A stretch of DNA of 64,000 nt from Eledone cirrhosa (GCA_964016885.1 OZ024759.1:24614001-24678000), one strand, 5' to 3'; shown: positions 1 through 13,925, counted from the stretch's first letter. Program-made: numbers and translations. Notes: generated by a model not told the origin, from the letters alone.

Positions 1-357
1 GGATCTTATTGTGAGCAGTGTGAGGGCGAGGGGAGAAGAGGAAGAGGGATGGATCTTATTCTGAGCAGAGGTTGGAAGGGAGAAGAGGGGAATGGGAAGA
101 GGTGAGAGGCACTGTGGAAGGAGAGAAGAACTTTGATGTTAGCCATGGTTCGTGTTTATACTATCGTTGATGGATGACTGTAGTGTGTTGTTTTCCACGA
201 TGGGAGCGAGAATCTGTTAGCTTTGTGTGCGTACCCGCGTATGTATGCGTATATGTTTGTATGTATGAATATATGTATGTATGTATGTATTTTTGTATAT
301 ATATATATATGTATATTTATATATGTGTGTGTATATATTATTAGGTATGTATGAACG

Positions 358-387
<30 letters not shown>

Positions 388-389
<2 letters not shown>

Positions 390-512
390 GTGAAAAAATG
401 GGGAGAAGAATACTGCAGGTTGCACATGGATAACATGTTATAAAATGAGTCCCTCATCAGTGATTTGCCAACGATCATAGATATTTCATTGCATTAAAAA
501 TCATATACCTCA
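388..512 (-). mobile_element. Short (TA)n-flanked interspersed element, family F
   Basis: Near-identical copy at 61408-61530. A related core (GATGAAATACC...CACTGATGAAGGAC) occurs at 54622-54680 and 35508-35565. Each abuts (TA)n. Confidence 0.65.
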
Positions 513-655
513 TATATATATATATATATATATATATTTATTTATTTATAAAATTTATTTATTTATTAAATTTATTTATAAAATTGAGATATATATTATC
601 TCAATTTTTTAAAATAAATTAAAAAAATATAATTTAAATATTCACCTATTCCTTT

Positions 656-737
656 TGCTTTTACCGACGGTTTCACTTCACAAAAGATTGGAAATCCTAG
701 GGACTTCCAATGGAAATGTTCAGATCTTCAGAAAGCA
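656..737 (-). ncRNA. Type I hammerhead ribozyme motif, intact, with long stem II
   Basis: Minus strand reads UGCUUU-CUGAAGA-[stem II]-GAAA-CCGUCGG-UA^AAAGCA. Stem I is 6 bp (UGCUUU/AAAGCA), stem III is ACCG/CGGU, and the site is GUA (cut between 662 and 661). Stem II contains the 11-bp helix AUUGGAAGUCC/GGAUUUCCAAU and is closed by U.U. Confidence 0.8.
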
Positions 738-1339
738 TTTTCTCTACCTAGGACAAAAGTCCCAGGAACGACAAAATATATTGCCACCTGTCAGCTAGCA
801 CAGGATCGAATGGGGCCGTAAAGGTTAACTCAAGCTTTCATTTTTTCGATGTCGATAATATACCAGTAAAATACTGGGGTCATTTTCATCGACTTTACTC
901 ACTCCCACACCACCAAAAAATTGTTGGCTTTCTGCTTAAATTACCAATAATTATTTTACTTTCATGAAGAACGGTGGATTACCGGATTCGGTAGAGCATC
1001 GGACAAAATGCTTTGCGACGTATAAATCAGAAATAGTTGTATATAATTTTATTTATTTATTTCAGGCAAACGTTGTATAATTTAATTGAAATTTGTTAAA
1101 TGAAATAGCATTGATTACTTAGCTGTAGTGAGTTTGTTAGAAGCCCGGGCAAGTGTAAAACAACACTATTTACACAGATTAATAACTAATGTCATGTTTA
1201 GTTAAGGCAATAGAATGTCGTGTAATAAGATCACAGAGCTCGTGTTGGTCCCGTGGCATAATGTCTGATGTTAAGTGTGGTGGGATCTGTTTGGCAATCC
1301 GTCCGTATACATACATACAAATATATATATATAAATATA

Positions 1340-1380
<41 letters not shown>

Positions 1381-1650
1381 CGCCAAAACGCATCTAATTT
1401 ATATATATATATATATTTAATACAATAACAGAGATAGTTTAAAGCTTAACTCTGACTGGTAACCATCTCACTCAACAAACATTAGGTTATATTTAAACAT
1501 AAACCCAATTTAAGTGTTTGGGGTGCTAACAATATGTATAATGTGGAAAAACCAGTTGTATTATTTTATGAGATATAATTAAAGTTAAAGTATATCTCTA
1601 TATATATATATAAAAGTAACAAAATAAGATGCTGAGGTTACATATATCGT

Positions 1651-1691
<41 letters not shown>

Positions 1692-1939
1692 ATTTATATA
1701 TATATATATATATATGTATATATCGCAATAGGAAAGTGCCAAGATACGTAATATGCCAGTCAATGAACAGAGGTCACATTACTGAAACATACCAACTGGT
1801 GTTTAGGGCAGGTACCTAACACCATCACCAATGCCACCTCTATTACCACCCCCACGACAACCCCCAGTACCACCAACACTACCATTGCCGCCACCACCAA
1901 CACCACCATTATAGAAAGTCGTGTCTACGCAGATGTCTA

Positions 1940-1974
1940 ACGCGACCACTATCAACAACAACACTACCATCACC

Positions 1975-2006
<32 letters not shown>

Positions 2007-3518
2007 CACTACCACAACCACCATCATTACCACTGCCATACCACCAACATTAACACACCACCAAAACTACCACCACCAACACTACCATCACCACCACCAC
2101 CACCAACAACAACAACACTACCACAACCACCATCATTACCACTACCATACCACCAACATTAACACACCACCAACACTACCACCACCCCCAATGCTACCAT
2201 CAACACCAACAACAGCACTATCACGACCACTACCATCACCACTACCACACCAACAACACCAACACTACCACCACCACCAACACTACTACCACCACTACCA
2301 AACCACCAACGCTACCATACCTCCACCAACACTACCACCAACACTACCACATACACTACCACGCCATCACCACTACCACACCACCAACACTACTGCACTA
2401 CCACCGTTACCACACCACCACCAACACCACCACCACCAACACTACCGACAACAACAACAACAACAACAACAACAACGCCAATCAAACGTTATCTCATTTC
2501 CGAAATAACGAACTGAGTTACAAGACTTTGGCATCACGGTCAATTGGTGCTGCAGGCCACATAGGGTAACGGTGACAACGATGGTGGTGGTGGTGGTGGT
2601 GGTGGTGGTGGTATTGGTGGTGGTGGTGGTGGTGGTGGTGGTGGTATTGGTGGTATTGGTGGTGGTGGTCGTGGTGGTGGTGGTGGTGGTCGTGGTGGTG
2701 GTGTTGTGGTGGTGGTGGTGGTGGTGGTGGTGGTATTGGTGGTGGTGGTGGTGGTGGTGGTAGTGGTATTGGTGGTGGTGGTGGTGGTGGTATTGGTGGT
2801 GGTGGTGATGTTGTGGTGGTGGTGGTGTTGTGGTGGTGGTGGTGGTCGTGGTGGTGGTGGTGGTGGTGGTGGTGGTCGTCGTGGTGGTGGTGTTGTGGTG
2901 GTGGTGGTGGTGATGGTGGTTGTGGTGCTGGTGGTGTGGTGGTCGTGGTGGTCGTGGTCGTGGTGGTGGTGGTCGTGGTGGTGGTGGTGGTGGTGGTCGT
3001 GGTGGTGGTGTTGTTGTTGTGGTGGTGGTGGTGGTGGTGGTATTGGTGGTGGTGGTGGTGGTGGTGGTTGTGGTGGTGGTGGTGGTGGTGGTGGTGGTGG
3101 TGGTGGTATTGGTGGTGGTGTTGTGGTGGTGGTGGTGGTGGTGGTATTGGTGGTGGTGGTGGTGGTGTTGTGGTGGTGGTGGTGTTGTGGTGGTGGTGGT
3201 GGTGTTGTGGTGGTGGTGGTGTTGTGGTGGTGGTGGTGGTGGTGGTGGTGGTTGTGGTGGTGTGGTGGTGGTGGTTTTGTGGTGGTGGTGGTGGTGGTTG
3301 TGGTGTTTGTGGTGGTGGTATTGGTGATGGTGGTGTTGTGGTGATGGTGGTGTTGTGGTGGTGGTGGTGGTGGTGGTGGTGCGGTGGTGGTGGTGGTGGT
3401 GGTGGTGTTGTGGTATTAGTGGTAGCTGTGGTGGCAGTTTTGGTTGGCCTGATGATGATGATGATGGTGGTGGTGGTTGTGGTAGTGGTGGTAGTGGTGG
3501 TTATAACGGCGTTATGAC

Positions 3519-3570
<52 letters not shown>

Positions 3571-3875
3571 GTGGGATGATGGTATAGTGATGGTAGTGGC
3601 GGTGGTAGTGGTGGTGGTGGTGTTGTGGTATTAGTGGTAGCTGTGGTGGCGATGATGATGATGATGATGGCATTCTAGTGATATGATGGTGACGATGATG
3701 AAGATGATGATGATGATGACAACGGTGATGATGATGATGATGATGATGATAACGATGCTGATGATAACGATGCTGATATGATGGTGGTGGCGATGGTATA
3801 GTGATGGTAGTTGTGGTGGTGTTGCTGCTGCTGTTATGATGATGTTATAATGTCGTTATGATGATAATGATGATG
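1940..3875. repeat. Degenerate (CAC/CAA)n, (GGT)n and (GAT)n trinucleotide repeat blocks
   Basis: Low-complexity triplet runs that generate the poly-T/H/V/W/G ORFs. Confidence 0.95.
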
Positions 3876-3901
3876 TATTCACTGCTTTTATTCGCGATCG
3901 T

Positions 3902-4077
3902 GTGGATTGGCAGTATCAGTAGAGGGTCGGACGCCATGCTTTCCAGCATAGTTACGATCTGAGTTCAAATCCCGCCGAGGTTGACTTTGCCTTTCATCCT
4001 TACGGGGTCGATAAAATAAAGTACCAGTAATGCACTGGGTAATTGCTGGCCTTGTGCCTAAAGTAGAAACAATTATT
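3902..4077 (+). mobile_element. tRNA-derived SINE, young family S1
   Basis: Box A-like TGGCAGTATCAG, box B GAGTTCAAATCC, body GCCTTTCATCCTTACGGGGTCGATAAAATAAAGTACCAG, 3' end GTAGAAACAATTATT. About 30 homologous copies or fragments in the window. Confidence 0.9.
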
Positions 4078-4134
4078 TCAGTCATTACCCAAGGTTCATA
4101 ACTTTAGGCAAGAGTTGGCAAGAAAACCGAACAC

Positions 4135-5083
4135 CTACCTCCCTTCTTCTGATTACTAAATGCTGAAGTTGGCGCATTACTGCACCAGTTTCTGCAATTC
4201 TTGCATTTAATTCAGCCTCCTACCGTCCCTCACTCGTAGATGCGGCCTCGAGATACTTGAATTTCTCCGCCTACTTCAGTAGAATTCCATTCACATGTAG
4301 AGTGCAATGCGTAGGCTTCCCTCAGAGGACGAGAGTCTCAGTCTTTGTAGCACTGATTTTCATTGCAACCATGCAGCTCGTGGCATCAAACCGATCAAAT
4401 GCATGACAGAGATCACCTTCTGACGAGTAACATCATGTCTGCAAATTCCAGCCAAATGATCCTATACTTGCCAGTCGTGTACCACTTCCAGCCCGGCTGC
4501 GTATGTCAATCCTGTTAAGGTTAATAATTATTTCTACTTTTGGCACAAGGCCAGCAATTATCCCAGTGCATTACTGGTACTTTATTTCATCGACCCCCGT
4601 AAGGATGAAAAACAAAGTTAACCTCGGTGGGATTTGAACTCAGACCATAAAGGACCGTAACTCTTTGCTGCAAAGCATGGCGTCCGACCCTCTACCGATA
4701 CTGCCAATCCACCAATGAACAGGAGAAGTAACAGTACGCACCCTTGGCGGAGTCCGACTCCCACATTGAATGGTTTCGATTTAGCACCATTTATCTGAAC
4801 ACAAATACTCAGGCATTCGTATAGAGATATCAGGGCAACAAGAAGCTGACCATCGATCCCATACTCTTGCAAACCTTCCACAGCAGGTCCCGTAGAACGC
4901 GGTAAAATGTCTTTTCGGGGTCTGCAAAGCAAGAATACAACTCTTGGCAGTACGCCAACGATTTCTCAAAGGCCTGTCATCGTGTGAATATTTGATCGGG
5001 TGTACTGTGTCTGGGGCGAAAACCACACTGTTCATCTGCTACCTTGGACTCGACAATCTCCCGACATCTCTTTGCCAGACACT
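4135..5083 (-). pseudogene. Decayed RTE-clade LINE, reverse transcriptase region, interrupted by an S1 SINE
   Basis: Translation across frameshifts and stops gives KRCREIVESKVADEQCGFRP..DQIF, YGIDGQLL..FNVGVGLRQGCVL, LEFAD, MKISATKTE, EKFKYL, LNARIA. These are motifs typical of RTE-like non-LTR RTs. Confidence 0.88.
4524..4713 (-). mobile_element. SINE S1 inserted into the LINE
   Basis: Full S1 sequence splitting the RT coding region after ..LLLLFI. Confidence 0.9.
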
Positions 5084-5088
5084 TAGCG

Positions 5089-5165
5089 TAGACAAGAGAG
5101 ATTGCTTCAATTATAGAGGTATCTCCTTGTTAAGCTTCCCCGGTAATATCTATGCTATGTTGTCG
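5089..5165 (+). pseudogene. Inverted 5' segment of the same RTE LINE
   Basis: DKRDCFNYRGISLLSFPGNIYAML is the segment that normally precedes KRCREIV in these RTs, but here it lies on the opposite strand. Confidence 0.8.
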
Positions 5166-5370
5166 TTATCTAACTAAATATTAGTCTCGGAAGCTATGAA
5201 TATCGACGTTATCTAACTCACACTAAGCATGTGTCGGAAGGTGTGTATATAGGCGTAATCTAACTAAATATTAGTGTCGGAATATGTATATAAAGGCGTT
5301 GCTATCTAACTAACAAAACACTAAACATGAGTGTCGGAAGCTGTATATGTAGACGTTATCTAACTAGGAC
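5165..5370. repeat. Imperfect short tandem repeat (CGTTATCTAACT...GTGTCGGAAG)
   Basis: Five recurrences of TATCTAACT-like and four of TCGGAA motifs at about 45-60 bp spacing. Confidence 0.7.
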
Positions 5371-5478
5371 TACAATAAACATAATACTTGATGTTTATGA
5401 CATGTCGCCATTTTTATTTGTACTAATAACTTATCGTGATATTCTCTTCTTATTTGTATATGTATGTATGTATGTGTG

Positions 5479-5579
<101 letters not shown>

Positions 5580-5596
5580 ATATGTGTATATATACA

Positions 5597-5634
<38 letters not shown>

Positions 5635-6372
5635 ACATATGTATATGTTTGTACCCGTTAACTAGAAGTCCAATCTCCGGGGAATTGTCTCTCTATCCGT
5701 ATCAATGTTTTTTGTGGAAGTCTTTGACTCCTTCTGGTGGCTGTGGTGGTGGTGGTGGTGGTGCTGCTGCTGCTGGTACTGTTGGTGGTGGTGGTGGCGG
5801 CGGCGGTGTTGGTGTCGATGGTGGTGTAGTAATGGTGGTGGTGTCGGCGGCAGGAGGAGTGTCGGCTGGGGGTGGTAGATGTTTCCATTTCTTAAACTTC
5901 CGTTAAACGCAAACAATTTTTTTTTGTTGTTTCGCAATTCCAGTGTGTATTATTTATTCTTATCATTTGCTTTATCACAGTCTGTGTGTGCGTTTGTGTA
6001 TGTTGTGTGTGCGTTTTCGTATGATGTGGGTGTGTTTGTGTGTGTGTTTTTGTGTGTGTGTGTTTGTGAGTTGTGTTGTGTGTTTGTTTGTGACATCTCT
6101 ATCAAATCTGTTTTTGTGGAGAATGTATGAGACGTGTGAATGTGACTGTGTGCGTGTGTGTCTCTCTGTGTGGTGTGTTTGTGTATGATTGTGTGCATCT
6201 GTATGTGTCACATCTATATCACCTATCCTTATCTCTTTCTCCCTCTCTCTCAGTCTCAATAATCTCAGTCGCTGAATCCCCCCTCTCTCTCTCTCTATAC
6301 ACACACACACACACATATATATATATATGTATATATGAGTGTGTATCTATTTATCTCTCTATATATATAGAT

Positions 6373-6417
<45 letters not shown>

Positions 6418-6431
6418 TGTGTATCTATTTA

Positions 6432-6522
<91 letters not shown>

Positions 6523-6527
<5 letters not shown>

Positions 6528-6688
6528 TTCTACAAAACTAGAACTGTTTCATTCGAAGGAATGATGATTTCCTTCGAATGAAATAGTTCTAGTCCTGGAG
6601 AAGCCATTTCTATATTAAAAATGTATACTCTGCTATATATTGAGTACCTTACTTACTGTGGCTACCCCCGACTGAACCCGAGATATAC
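6523..6688 (+). mobile_element. Family B HHR-bearing element with 5' fold-back
   Basis: About 39-bp imperfect inverted repeat turning at TGATGA. The right arm carries UGAUGA-UUUC-CUUC-GAAU-GAAA and continues into the family tail (TATTGAGTACC...GAACCCG). Confidence 0.75.
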
Positions 6689-6696
6689 CCCCCCCC

Positions 6697-6732
<36 letters not shown>

Positions 6733-7483
6733 GTCTCTGTTCGTTTAATTAGTTAAGAAGCTATCTGCTGTAATGGCTTCTTAAGTGTTTTGAAAATGGC
6801 GTCCATAGTGACATAGTGCTTTCACCATTGTACGGTTTGTGACTTGTAAATGCCTTTTAGATTTTATGTTGCTCTTGTTGTTGTGCTTATTTCCCTTGTT
6901 GTCCCACTGTGAGTGTGTATGTGCCAGTGTCTATCTGTGTGTGTTTGTGTAGGTTGTATATGGCTGTATGTGTCTGTGTTTGTGTGTGTGCTTGTGTTGG
7001 CTGTGTGTGTTTGCGTCTGTTTGTGTGTGTTTGTGGTTGTCTGTGTGTGCTTCTGTTGGCTGTATGTGTTTGTGTCTGTATGTATGTGTTTGTGTGTGCT
7101 TGTGTTGGCTGTATGTGGTTGTGTTGGCTGTGTGTGTGTCTATGTGTCTGTTTGTGTGTGTTTGTGGTTGTCTGTGTGTGTTTGTGTTTGCTTGTGTTGG
7201 TTGTGTATGTTTGTGTGTGTTTGTGTTTGCTTGTGTTGGTTGTGTATGTTTGTGTGTGTTTGTGTATCTTTCTGTGTGTGTTTTATGTAAGTATCCGTGT
7301 GTGTGTGTCTGTGTGTGTGTGTGTTTGAATGTGTGTGCCAGTGTATGTATATGTCCCAGTGTATCAGTATGTATGTTTAACTCTGGCTGTATGTGTATGT
7401 GTGCTTGTGTGTATAGGTCTCAGTGTATCTATATGTAAGTGATTGTGTGTGTGTGTGTGCCAGTATATGTATATGTCTCGGTA

Positions 7484-7543
<60 letters not shown>

Positions 7544-7754
7544 TTTGCTATAAATGCCGCTGGGATAGCTATCCAGCTGTAAGATCAATTCGTCAGAGAT
7601 GATGGTCAGATGAGACCGCATGAAAATGAAATTTATTTCTGCTAAAGTGGTTTGAACTAAAATGGCCACTGACATTTTTTATTTGAACCGCTAGACACCA
7701 CTGAGTTCATACAGAGCAGTGTGACGCACTCAAACACACACACACACACACACA

Positions 7755-7799
<45 letters not shown>

Positions 7800-7860
7800 T
7801 GATACAGACACATACACGCATACACACGTATATATACATTGGCTTACACACACACACATT

Positions 7861-7945
<85 letters not shown>

Positions 7946-7948
<3 letters not shown>

Positions 7949-8088
7949 TGAAACAGTTCCAGTCCTGTAGAAGTCTATTTTATAGAGAATATATATAAAA
8001 ATATATATTGTTATTTTCTACTAACCTACTAACGTATTGAGTACCTTCTTTAACAGTAGTTTTTTTTGCCCACGGAATACCATCCTTA

Positions 8089-8122
<34 letters not shown>

Positions 8123-8335
8123 TAAGGATGGTATTCCGAAGAGGTTCGTGGGAAAAAAAACTACTGTTAAAGAAGGTACTCAATACGTTAGAAGAAAATA
8201 ACAATATATATTTTTATATATATTCTCTATAAAAATAGACTTCTACAGGACTGGAACTGTTTCATTCGGATGAATGCTTTCATACGAATGGAACCATTCT
8301 CGTAAAAGTCATTTCTATATAAAATATATACCATA
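7946..8335. mobile_element. Family B-related element pair, tail-to-tail around (TA)n, plus a further partial inverted arm
   Basis: 7946-8092 and 8119-8268 are reverse complements with small indels. Both start or end at GAATGAAACAGTTCCAGTCCTGTAGAAG. Confidence 0.8.
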
Positions 8336-8485
8336 CTTATATATATTAGCTGAGCTCTGAAGTAGAAAAACCTGTGAGAAATACAAGGTGGCCACAAAAG
8401 CACTCCTTCATTATATGAAAATTTAAATGAATATTCTTACAATATTGGTGGCTACTGTTGCATAAACTGACAACGTTTCATGTGG

Positions 8486-8877
8486 TATTGGCTGACATTA
8501 TAGAGACAGAGGGTCGGACGCCATGCTTTGACGTATAGAGTTACGGCCCTTGCCATTCTGAGTTCAAATCCCGCCGGGGTTAACTTTGCCTTTCATCCTT
8601 ACGGGGGTCGATAAAATAAAGTACCAGTAATGTACTGGGTAATTGCTGGCCTTGTGCCTAAAGTAGAAACAATTATTGTTTTTGTTGTTGTTATTATTAT
8701 CATGACATAGAGTTACAGCCTTTTACTTTCTGAGTTCAAATCCCCGCCGAGGTTAGCTTTGCCGTTCATTCTTGCGGGATGGAAAAAATAAAGCACTCGT
8801 AACGGACTGTGATCGATTTAATCGATTTTCCCTCACCAAAATTGTTGGCCTTGTTCCTAAATCAGAAACTATTATCA
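8486..8877 (+). mobile_element. SINE S1 (8486-8678) followed by an older long-form copy (8705-8877)
   Basis: S1 head, body and tail. The second copy keeps an extra GATCGATTTAATCGATTTTCCC segment. Confidence 0.85.
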
Positions 8878-9448
8878 GCAATCTGGAAAGGGAATAATCG
8901 TAGGGTCCGTGAGAACATTCATTTAAATGAAAGGAGTTCTTGGTGAGAACCACTGACAAAGAGAGGAGAGAGGGGTGGTAGCTGGATATAAACAGTTTTG
9001 AGTCAATTTCAAAGAGATGGTCACATGATCTGTATGATGATTCTGATGAAATATGTCCCTATCAAAATATGACTTTCCCCCAGCCCCAGCACACCCTATC
9101 AAAATGTACCCCTGTTTTCACAACAGGAGTGCTTGTCTTGCAAGATTTTAAGATTGTGCCTCTATCACTAGCTTTCATTAATTTACCCAAACGGCTATGG
9201 TGTTGTTATTTTTGTTTTTATCGTGTTGCTGATGTTGTTGTTCATGCTGTTGTTGTCATCATTTTTGGTAATGGTGCTGCTGTTGTTATTGTTGTTGCTG
9301 GTGTGGCTGCTGGTCTTGTAAAGTGTTTATTGTTGTTGTTGTAACTGTTATTGTTCATCTAGTTGTTGTTTGTGGTGGCGGTGGTATTGTTCGTGTTGTT
9401 GCTGCTTAAGTGAGTGTTGTTGTTGTTGTTAGTGATGCTGTTGATTCT

Positions 9449-9501
<53 letters not shown>

Positions 9502-9554
9502 TGTTGTTGTGATATGTTTGTTCTTCTTGGTTGTTATTCTTTGCTATTTTTTGG

Positions 9555-9795
9555 TAGAGTTACGGCCCTTTCCATTCTGAGTTCAAATCCCGCCGAGGTT
9601 AACTTTGCCTTTCGTCCTTACGGGGGGGTCGATAAAATAAAGTACCAGTAATACACTGAGGTAATTTGCTGGCCTTGTGCCAAAAAGTAGAACGAGGTTA
9701 ACTTTGCCTTTCATCCTTACGGGGTCGATAAAATAAAGTACCAGTAATGTACTGGGATAATTGCTGGCCTTGTGCCAAAAAGTAGAAACAATTAT
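9555..9795 (+). mobile_element. Two 5'-truncated S1 SINEs in tandem
   Basis: Body and tail are repeated, joined at GTAGAAC/GAGGTTAAC. Confidence 0.85.
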
Positions 9796-10327
9796 TATAA
9801 ATATAATTATTATTGCTGTTGTTGCTGTTGTTGTTGTTATGATGTATGTTGTCCTGATCCCTTCCCCTCCTCCTCCCATCCTTAGACAGCTGACATCACC
9901 CAATCAGTGTAAAGTGGTTATCCTATCTCGGTTGGCAGCAAACCTCTCCTTGAGACCATCTGCTGAGATTTTAGATTGTTTTATACTGTTCCCTAGTATA
10001 ACTGCTAGGAGTTCTGTACTGGTTCCTCAAATGTGCCACCCCGCTTACCCGCCTACCCGCCCCCGCCGCCAACCACACCAACATTTACCCAAAGACCATA
10101 TCGTTAAGACCTTAGTCCAATATGATATGTCATATGAGACTACTATTAATTTCACGTCGCTCTTTACATATTTAATCATATGTATGTTGTATGTAAGTAT
10201 GTATGTATGTGCCAGTGTGTGGCTAGTGAGTGGCTGTGTGTGTGTGTGTTCTGACATCTGTGTTTTACACAGATTTACAATTATCCATATATATATATAC
10301 ATGTTTATATATATATTTATATATATA

Positions 10328-10372
<45 letters not shown>

Positions 10373-10463
10373 TATATATATATTTATATATTTATATATA
10401 TACAAAAATATATATACATATATTATATATATATATGCATATATATAGCCATATACATTTATA

Positions 10464-10529
<66 letters not shown>

Positions 10530-10632
10530 CAAATATATATATATATATATGATATGTACGTTTATACATTAATTAAACTGTTTATCAGTAGATTTACAAG
10601 TTTAAGTGAATATAAAACATGAAATATACACG

Positions 10633-10692
<60 letters not shown>

Positions 10693-11040
10693 CACACACA
10701 CAAACACACACACATATATATATATATATATGGCTGGATGGATGTGTATGTGTGTGTATGTGTGTGTATGTGTGTGTTTAACTGACATTTCCTCAGAGCT
10801 GGAACTGGTAAGTTCTTGGCAAATGATTTATCTTTTTATAAAGATGAGTTGATAATATGTATATCTATATATGTTTACATATGTATGGATATTATTCACC
10901 CCACTCTTGGCTCTATGGTCAGGGTGTTCACTTTGCTGACTTGTGGTTCGATACTAAATTTTACTACTAAAAAAATACTTGTAGGCGATGATCCCGCCTG
11001 ACCAGAGTAGAATCACTGAAATCAGTGTAAGAGCATATAA

Positions 11041-11089
<49 letters not shown>

Positions 11090-11301
11090 AATAAAGATTC
11101 AGTGAGAATCGCATTACGGCGGGCAGGAAAGGCGAAGCGAAACGCAAAGTTCAGAAATGATACTGGCAAAGTGCTCAATAGTTAAAAACCAGAGCTAAAC
11201 AATGTGTTAAGAAGCCATACACAACTGAAAAGGTGGTCAAAAAGGCATTAACCACCCAAGCCAAAAACCAAATCAAGCTAAACAGGTCAAAACAAAATAA
11301 A

Positions 11302-11331
<30 letters not shown>

Positions 11332-11336
<5 letters not shown>

Positions 11337-11540
11337 CGAGTAGGACCCCGACGGCTGAGCTCAAGCCGTTTCGACGGCTAATTCTGGACTAAATGAACAT
11401 TTTCATTTAGTCCAGAATTAGCCGTCGAAACGGCTTGAGCTCAGCCGTCGGGGTCCTACTCGTTCATATTACCCACTCTACTACCCTAAGTACTTTGGTG
11501 CGTTATGGTCCATCTTGTTCCTTACCACATTTCCTTCGTT
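11332..11540 (+). mobile_element. Family C element with fold-back, carrying the 3' half of an HHR
   Basis: About 60-bp inverted repeat (turn near 11399) containing GAAACGGCTTGAGCTCAGCCGTC^GGGGT, followed by the tail ...CCTTACCACATTTCCTTCGTT and (TA)n. Confidence 0.85.
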
Positions 11541-11599
11541 ATATATATATACGTATAAAATTTTATATTTATATATATATAATTATATATATATATATA

Positions 11600-11780
11600 T
11601 AATTGTTTTTACTTTTGGCACAAGGCCAGCAATTACCTAGTGTATTACTGGTACTTTATTTTATCGACCCCATAAGGATGAAAGGCAAAGTTAACCTCGG
11701 CTGGATTTGAACTCAGAATGGCAAGGGCCGCAACTCTATGCGTCAAAGCATGGCGTCCGACCCTCTACTGAAACTGCCAA
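11600..11780 (-). mobile_element. SINE S1
   Basis: S1 sequence in reverse. Confidence 0.9.
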
Positions 11781-12467
11781 ACATTTTAGGCTACATATAT
11801 TCATATGTACACGTACGTATACAAATGTATGTGCATATACATATATATGAGTGTGTGTGTGTATTTGTGTGTATGTCGGTGTGTGTGTGTGTGTGTGTGT
11901 ACCTGTGTGTGTGTGAATCTATGTGTGGATATACCTCTGTGTATGTATGTGTTTGAATCTGTGTGTGTATATTTGTGTGTGTGTAGAAAAGGGACCGTCG
12001 CAAGAAACTATTAATGTATGTTCACCACAGGGGATTTTTACTTTGACGAGAAGGGTTACCAGATGTTTTTTACGTTTCTTATCTATATATTTGATCTCTT
12101 CTGAGGATCCCTTGCCATGATGGTCCCTCTGTTGATTATAAATAGGGACCATTTAGGGGGTTTTCACCAAGGCTTCCCACGACCTAATACAGGGAATGTT
12201 TTGAAGACTTAACTTATGTCTTTTAAATTCTCACTCAAAAGTGTATATATATATATATATATATAGTTCAAGGAGACAATATGTATATATATATATATAT
12301 ATCTGTAGTATAAATGCTTATTGTATGTATATATATACATACATACATTCCTATTAACGAACAAACATACATACTTAACATACTTATATATACATATGCA
12401 TACATAGTTATACATATCCATACGCATGTTTATGATTTAATTTCTCACACTCAATTGTATACACACT

Positions 12468-12500
<33 letters not shown>

Positions 12501-12539
12501 GTGTGTATATGTATACATATATTCATATAGATTCTTAGC

Positions 12540-12596
<57 letters not shown>

Positions 12597-12619
12597 TAAG
12601 AATCTATATGAATATATGT

Positions 12620-12749
<130 letters not shown>

Positions 12750-12766
12750 CTATATATGTATATATG

Positions 12767-12816
<50 letters not shown>

Positions 12817-12856
12817 TATACATATACATATATATACATATATATATATATGTGTG

Positions 12857-12925
<69 letters not shown>

Positions 12926-12968
12926 ATATATATATATATATATATATGTATCTATATATGTATATATG

Positions 12969-13022
<54 letters not shown>

Positions 13023-13062
13023 TATACATATACATATATATACATATATATATATATGTGTG

Positions 13063-13141
<79 letters not shown>

Positions 13142-13172
13142 ATATATATATATATATGTATCTATATATGTA

Positions 13173-13212
<40 letters not shown>

Positions 13213-13252
13213 TATACATATACATATATATACATATATATATATATGTGTG

Positions 13253-13314
<62 letters not shown>

Positions 13315-13619
13315 AAGATTGAAGAATAACATGGGGTCGGCCGTACAAAAAGGGTTTTATTTCTAGTATTAACAATTGTTTCATTGATCAGGTGAGTCTA
13401 AAGGCCGCTAATCACTCGAAGTTGCGTCACTCAACCTTAAATACACAGTTTGCCTATAGAATATAAAAGATATTTATTTACCGAGCAGGACGAACGAGAA
13501 TATGTGGCCAGTAAATAAATATCTTTTTTATATTATCCACTGATTCTGACAATTTCTCTACAAAGGAATTAAATGCTGCCTCCTTTTGTAGTTGAATGAA
13601 ACATACGTAAATCAATTAA

Positions 13620-13925
13620 ATAATTGTTTCTACTTTTGGCACAAGGCCAGAAATTATCCCAATACATTACTGGTACTTTATTTTATCGACTCCCGTAAGG
13701 ATGAAAGGCAAAGTTAACCTCGGCAGGATTTGAATACAGATCGTAAAAACCCGCCGAGGTTAACTTTGTCTTTCTTCCTTACGGGGTCATTAAATAATTA
13801 TTTCTACTTTTGGCACGAGGCCAGCAATTAACCAGTGTATTACTGGTACTTTATTTTATCGACCCCGTAAGGATGAAAGGCAAAGTTAACCTCGGCGGGA
13901 TTTGAACTCAGACCATAAAGGGCCG
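13620..13925 (-). mobile_element. Two truncated S1 SINEs with a short inverted S1 fragment (13751-13788) between them
   Basis: S1 tail and body occur twice, with the CCCGCCGAGGTTAACTTTG fragment on the + strand. Confidence 0.8.

Noticed and set aside
646-747. Minus-strand exon (VEKMLSEDLNISIGSP*)
   Set aside because: All three frames stop early, and the segment is fully explained by the hammerhead structure.
3902-3975. tRNA genes at SINE heads
   Set aside because: A/B boxes are present, but the spacing is extended, there is no cloverleaf, and each is followed by the SINE body.
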